Origin: an uncultured Bacteroidia bacterium
GTDB lineage: Bacteria > CAIWAD01 > BS150m-G50
Length of the DNA stretch: 64,000 bases
Assembly: GCA_964501185.1 (NCBI GenBank)
Contig: CAZCRT010000003.1
Location: forward strand, 24,752-88,751
Direction of reading: 5' to 3'
Shown here: positions 62,198 to 64,000 of the stretch, one piece after another
Numbering within the stretch: position 1 is the stretch's first letter
Layout: the number at the start of each line of letters is the position of its first letter
Made by a program: the position numbers and the translations under genes
Notes under the pieces: model-generated
The model's database searches: none
What the model was told of the DNA's origin: nothing
The model's input: the letters and a program-made list of their open reading frames with translations, nothing else

Positions 62198-64000
62198 TTA
62201 CTCATCGATGCGAAGTGAAACCACCGTGATGCCATCGCCACCCTCCGGCAATGTACCTCGCCGATACTGTTTCACCTGGCGCATATGTTTCAAGTACTTG
62301 TGGATGTTTTCCCGCAATACACCGGTACCCTTTCCATGCAACAGTGTCACTTCCTGCAAGTCGTTTAGAACGCAGTTGTCCAGGTAGGCGTCAATCTGCT
62401 CCAGGGCTTCTTCTACAGTCATTCCCCGCAGGTCCAGAGTCGGCAGACTGCGTGTTGAATAGCTTCCACCAGCTCCACGACTGCGTTTCCTCTGATCCGG
62501 GGGAGCAGCTTCACCGGTGACATCACTCAGGGCGAAAGTCATTTTAAACGGTCCGGATTTACCAACCAGTGTGCCGGCATCACCGTCAAGTGATATGATC
62601 TGAACCGGTTCGGTAATATCAGAGATACGCACCCAATCACCTTTATCAAAACCGGGCTCATTTTTCGCTCGCTCACGACGACGGAGCTTCGATAGTCTCT
62701 GTTCGGTCTGTTTTCGTCGGGTGGTCAGCTGCTCCCGTGCCGCCCTGACCACTTCCGTATCTGCGTCTTTTGCACGTATCTCGCGAATTGTGTTTTCCAC
62801 TTCCCGGTTGGACTCCTCCAGAATTCGCTTCGACTCTTCAAGCGCCTGGCGCTTGATGTCACGTGTCTCACGCCGCACACCTTTCAACTTCTTCCTGTAT
62901 TCTTCGACCTGTGCTTCCAGTTCTATTTCACGCGCTTTTACACGGGTGTTCTTGGTTTGATAAATCTGCATACGGCGACGCAGAGAGGTGATTAATTTTT
63001 CCAGAGACTTCTGTTCGGTACCCATGAAAAAGCGAGAACGATCAACGATAAATTTGGGTGCACCCATCCGTTCAGCTATCTCCAGCGCGTAACTCGATCC
63101 GGGCACTTCCGGTATAAACCTGAAAGTCGGCTCAATCCTCTCCTCGGCGAACGACATTGACCCGTTGCTGATGTGGGGCTCCTCGTGGGCGTAGGCCTTC
63201 AAACCACCCAGATGTGTGGTGATAATTGTGAGACCCGGACTCTGCAGTAACCGCTCCATAATAGCCTTCGCAAGGGCTGTGCCAGCTTCCGGATCAGTTC
63301 CCGAACCCATTTCATCTATCAGAAACAGGGCGTTGTCACGGGAGTGCCTCACCATTCGCATGATGCGCTGCATGTGCGAGGAGAAGGTGGAGAGATCATT
63401 ATCGATCGATTGCTCATCACCAATGTCAGTGTAGACCGCTACGAAAAATGGGATACGGCTTTCTGAAGACGCTGGTATCGGCAATCCGCAGCGGGCCATA
63501 AGCGCCAGCAAACCTATCGTTTTCAGGGCAACTGTCTTTCCACCAGCATTTGGACCACTGATCAACAGCATACGTGTGCGTCCGCCAATCTCCAGATCGA
63601 GCGGCACCACTTTCTGCTTTTCGAGCAACAGCGGATGCCTGGCCTGTTTGAGTACAAGTTCCATCTTCTCTGTTACAACCGGAGCACATCCTTTGAGATG
63701 CCTTCCGTAGCGAGCCTTCGCGCTTAAGAAATCAAGCCTGTGGAGATGCGCTACCGCGACTTCGATCATCGGCAGGTGCTCTCTCAGCTTCTCTGTAAAC
63801 TCCCTCAGCAGGCGTGCTATTTCCTGCTGCTCCTGCCCCAACATCCGCTGCAGCTGGTTCCCGGCTTCTACAGCCACTTTCGGTTCCACGAAAACAGTTG
63901 CACCGCTGTCAGACTGATCAATAATGATTCCCTGCACCCTGCTCTGCATATTCTCCCGCACCGGGATTGTCAGGTGACCATTGCGATACGTGACCAGGTT
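62198..64000 (-). CDS. mutS2: endonuclease MutS2 (partial; N-terminus lies beyond the window end)
   Basis: Walker A ISGPNAGGKTVALKTIG. C-terminal Smr domain (...LDLRGMTVEEALEQIDAYLD...LLHGKGTGVLRENIHKYL...). The frame stays open past 63961 to the window edge. Confidence 0.9.
   Translation of the reverse strand, partial: NLVTYRNGHLTIPVRENMQSRVQGIIIDQSDSGATVFVEPKVAVEAGNQLQRMLGQEQQEIARLLREFTEKLREHLPMIEVAVAHLHRLDFLSAKARYGRHLKGCAPVVTEKMELVLKQARHPLLLEKQKVVPLDLEIGGRTRMLLISGPNAGGKTVALKTIGLLALMARCGLPIPASSESRIPFFVAVYTDIGDEQSIDNDLSTFSSHMQRIMRMVRHSRDNALFLIDEMGSGTDPEAGTALAKAIMERLLQSPGLTIITTHLGGLKAYAHEEPHISNGSMSFAEERIEPTFRFIPEVPGSSYALEIAERMGAPKFIVDRSRFFMGTEQKSLEKLITSLRRRMQIYQTKNTRVKAREIELEAQVEEYRKKLKGVRRETRDIKRQALEESKRILEESNREVENTIREIRAKDADTEVVRAAREQLTTRRKQTEQRLSKLRRRERAKNEPGFDKGDWVRISDITEPVQIISLDGDAGTLVGKSGPFKMTFALSDVTGEAAPPDQRKRSRGAGGSYSTRSLPTLDLRGMTVEEALEQIDAYLDNCVLNDLQEVTLLHGKGTGVLRENIHKYLKHMRQVKQYRRGTLPEGGDGITVVSLRIDE

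Overview
This 64 kb window looks like chromosomal DNA from a bacterium of the FCB superphylum (Fibrobacteres-Chlorobi-Bacteroidetes). The evidence is one protein with a type IX secretion (T9SS) C-terminal sorting domain, plus a DUF4159 / double-TM coiled-coil gene pair. Unlike classical Bacteroidia, the genes have strong GGAG-type Shine-Dalgarno (SD) sites and sigma70-like promoters. GC looks mid-50s% by eye. Gene density is high and many genes are translationally coupled.

Gene order, left to right:
- tRNA-Leu(UAG), followed by short direct repeats.
- tig-clpP-clpX operon.
- A long minus-strand block: two GNAT acetyltransferases, two nitronate-monooxygenase (NMO) paralogs interleaved with two SAM methyltransferases and a hemolysin-III channel, then a glycogen module (glgC, glgA, galT-like, GH57).
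- SurA-like PPIase and 5'-nucleotidase.
- DUF4159 plus a 1138-aa double-TM coiled-coil protein.
- A T9SS cargo protein built from about nine tandem 52-aa repeats.
- A Wzx/Wzy-type surface-polysaccharide locus of roughly 29 kb (about 25.2-54.0 kb). It contains a DegT aminotransferase, GT4 glycosyltransferases, Wzx, a pyruvyl transferase, a nitroreductase-family protein, WecB, Wzy, two paralogous bi-domain (ADH + Gfo/Idh/MocA) oxidoreductases, a heparinase II/III-like protein, AsnB-like amidotransferase, an LbH acetyltransferase, DUF354, an initiating phosphoglycosyl transferase, a putative outer-membrane barrel and a WbpB-like dehydrogenase.
- DAHP-synthase-family gene and gpmI.
- A 923-aa secreted protein with about eleven Gly/Asp-rich 28-aa repeats and C-terminal HEAT repeats.
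- A roughly 1 kb low-GC islet encoding an orphan Rep_trans-like rolling-circle initiator.
- dnaG and the 3' part of mutS2.

No CRISPR array, rRNA or recognisable defence system was seen. The most unusual items are:
- the orphan Rep_trans islet next to dnaG;
- the two large repeat proteins;
- an attenuator-like leader (promoter, hairpin with U-tract, strong-SD 13-codon uORF) ahead of the DegT operon;
- an SD-sequestering hairpin ahead of the phosphoglycosyl transferase;
- an apparently over-represented word, TGTATCAC, across the whole window.
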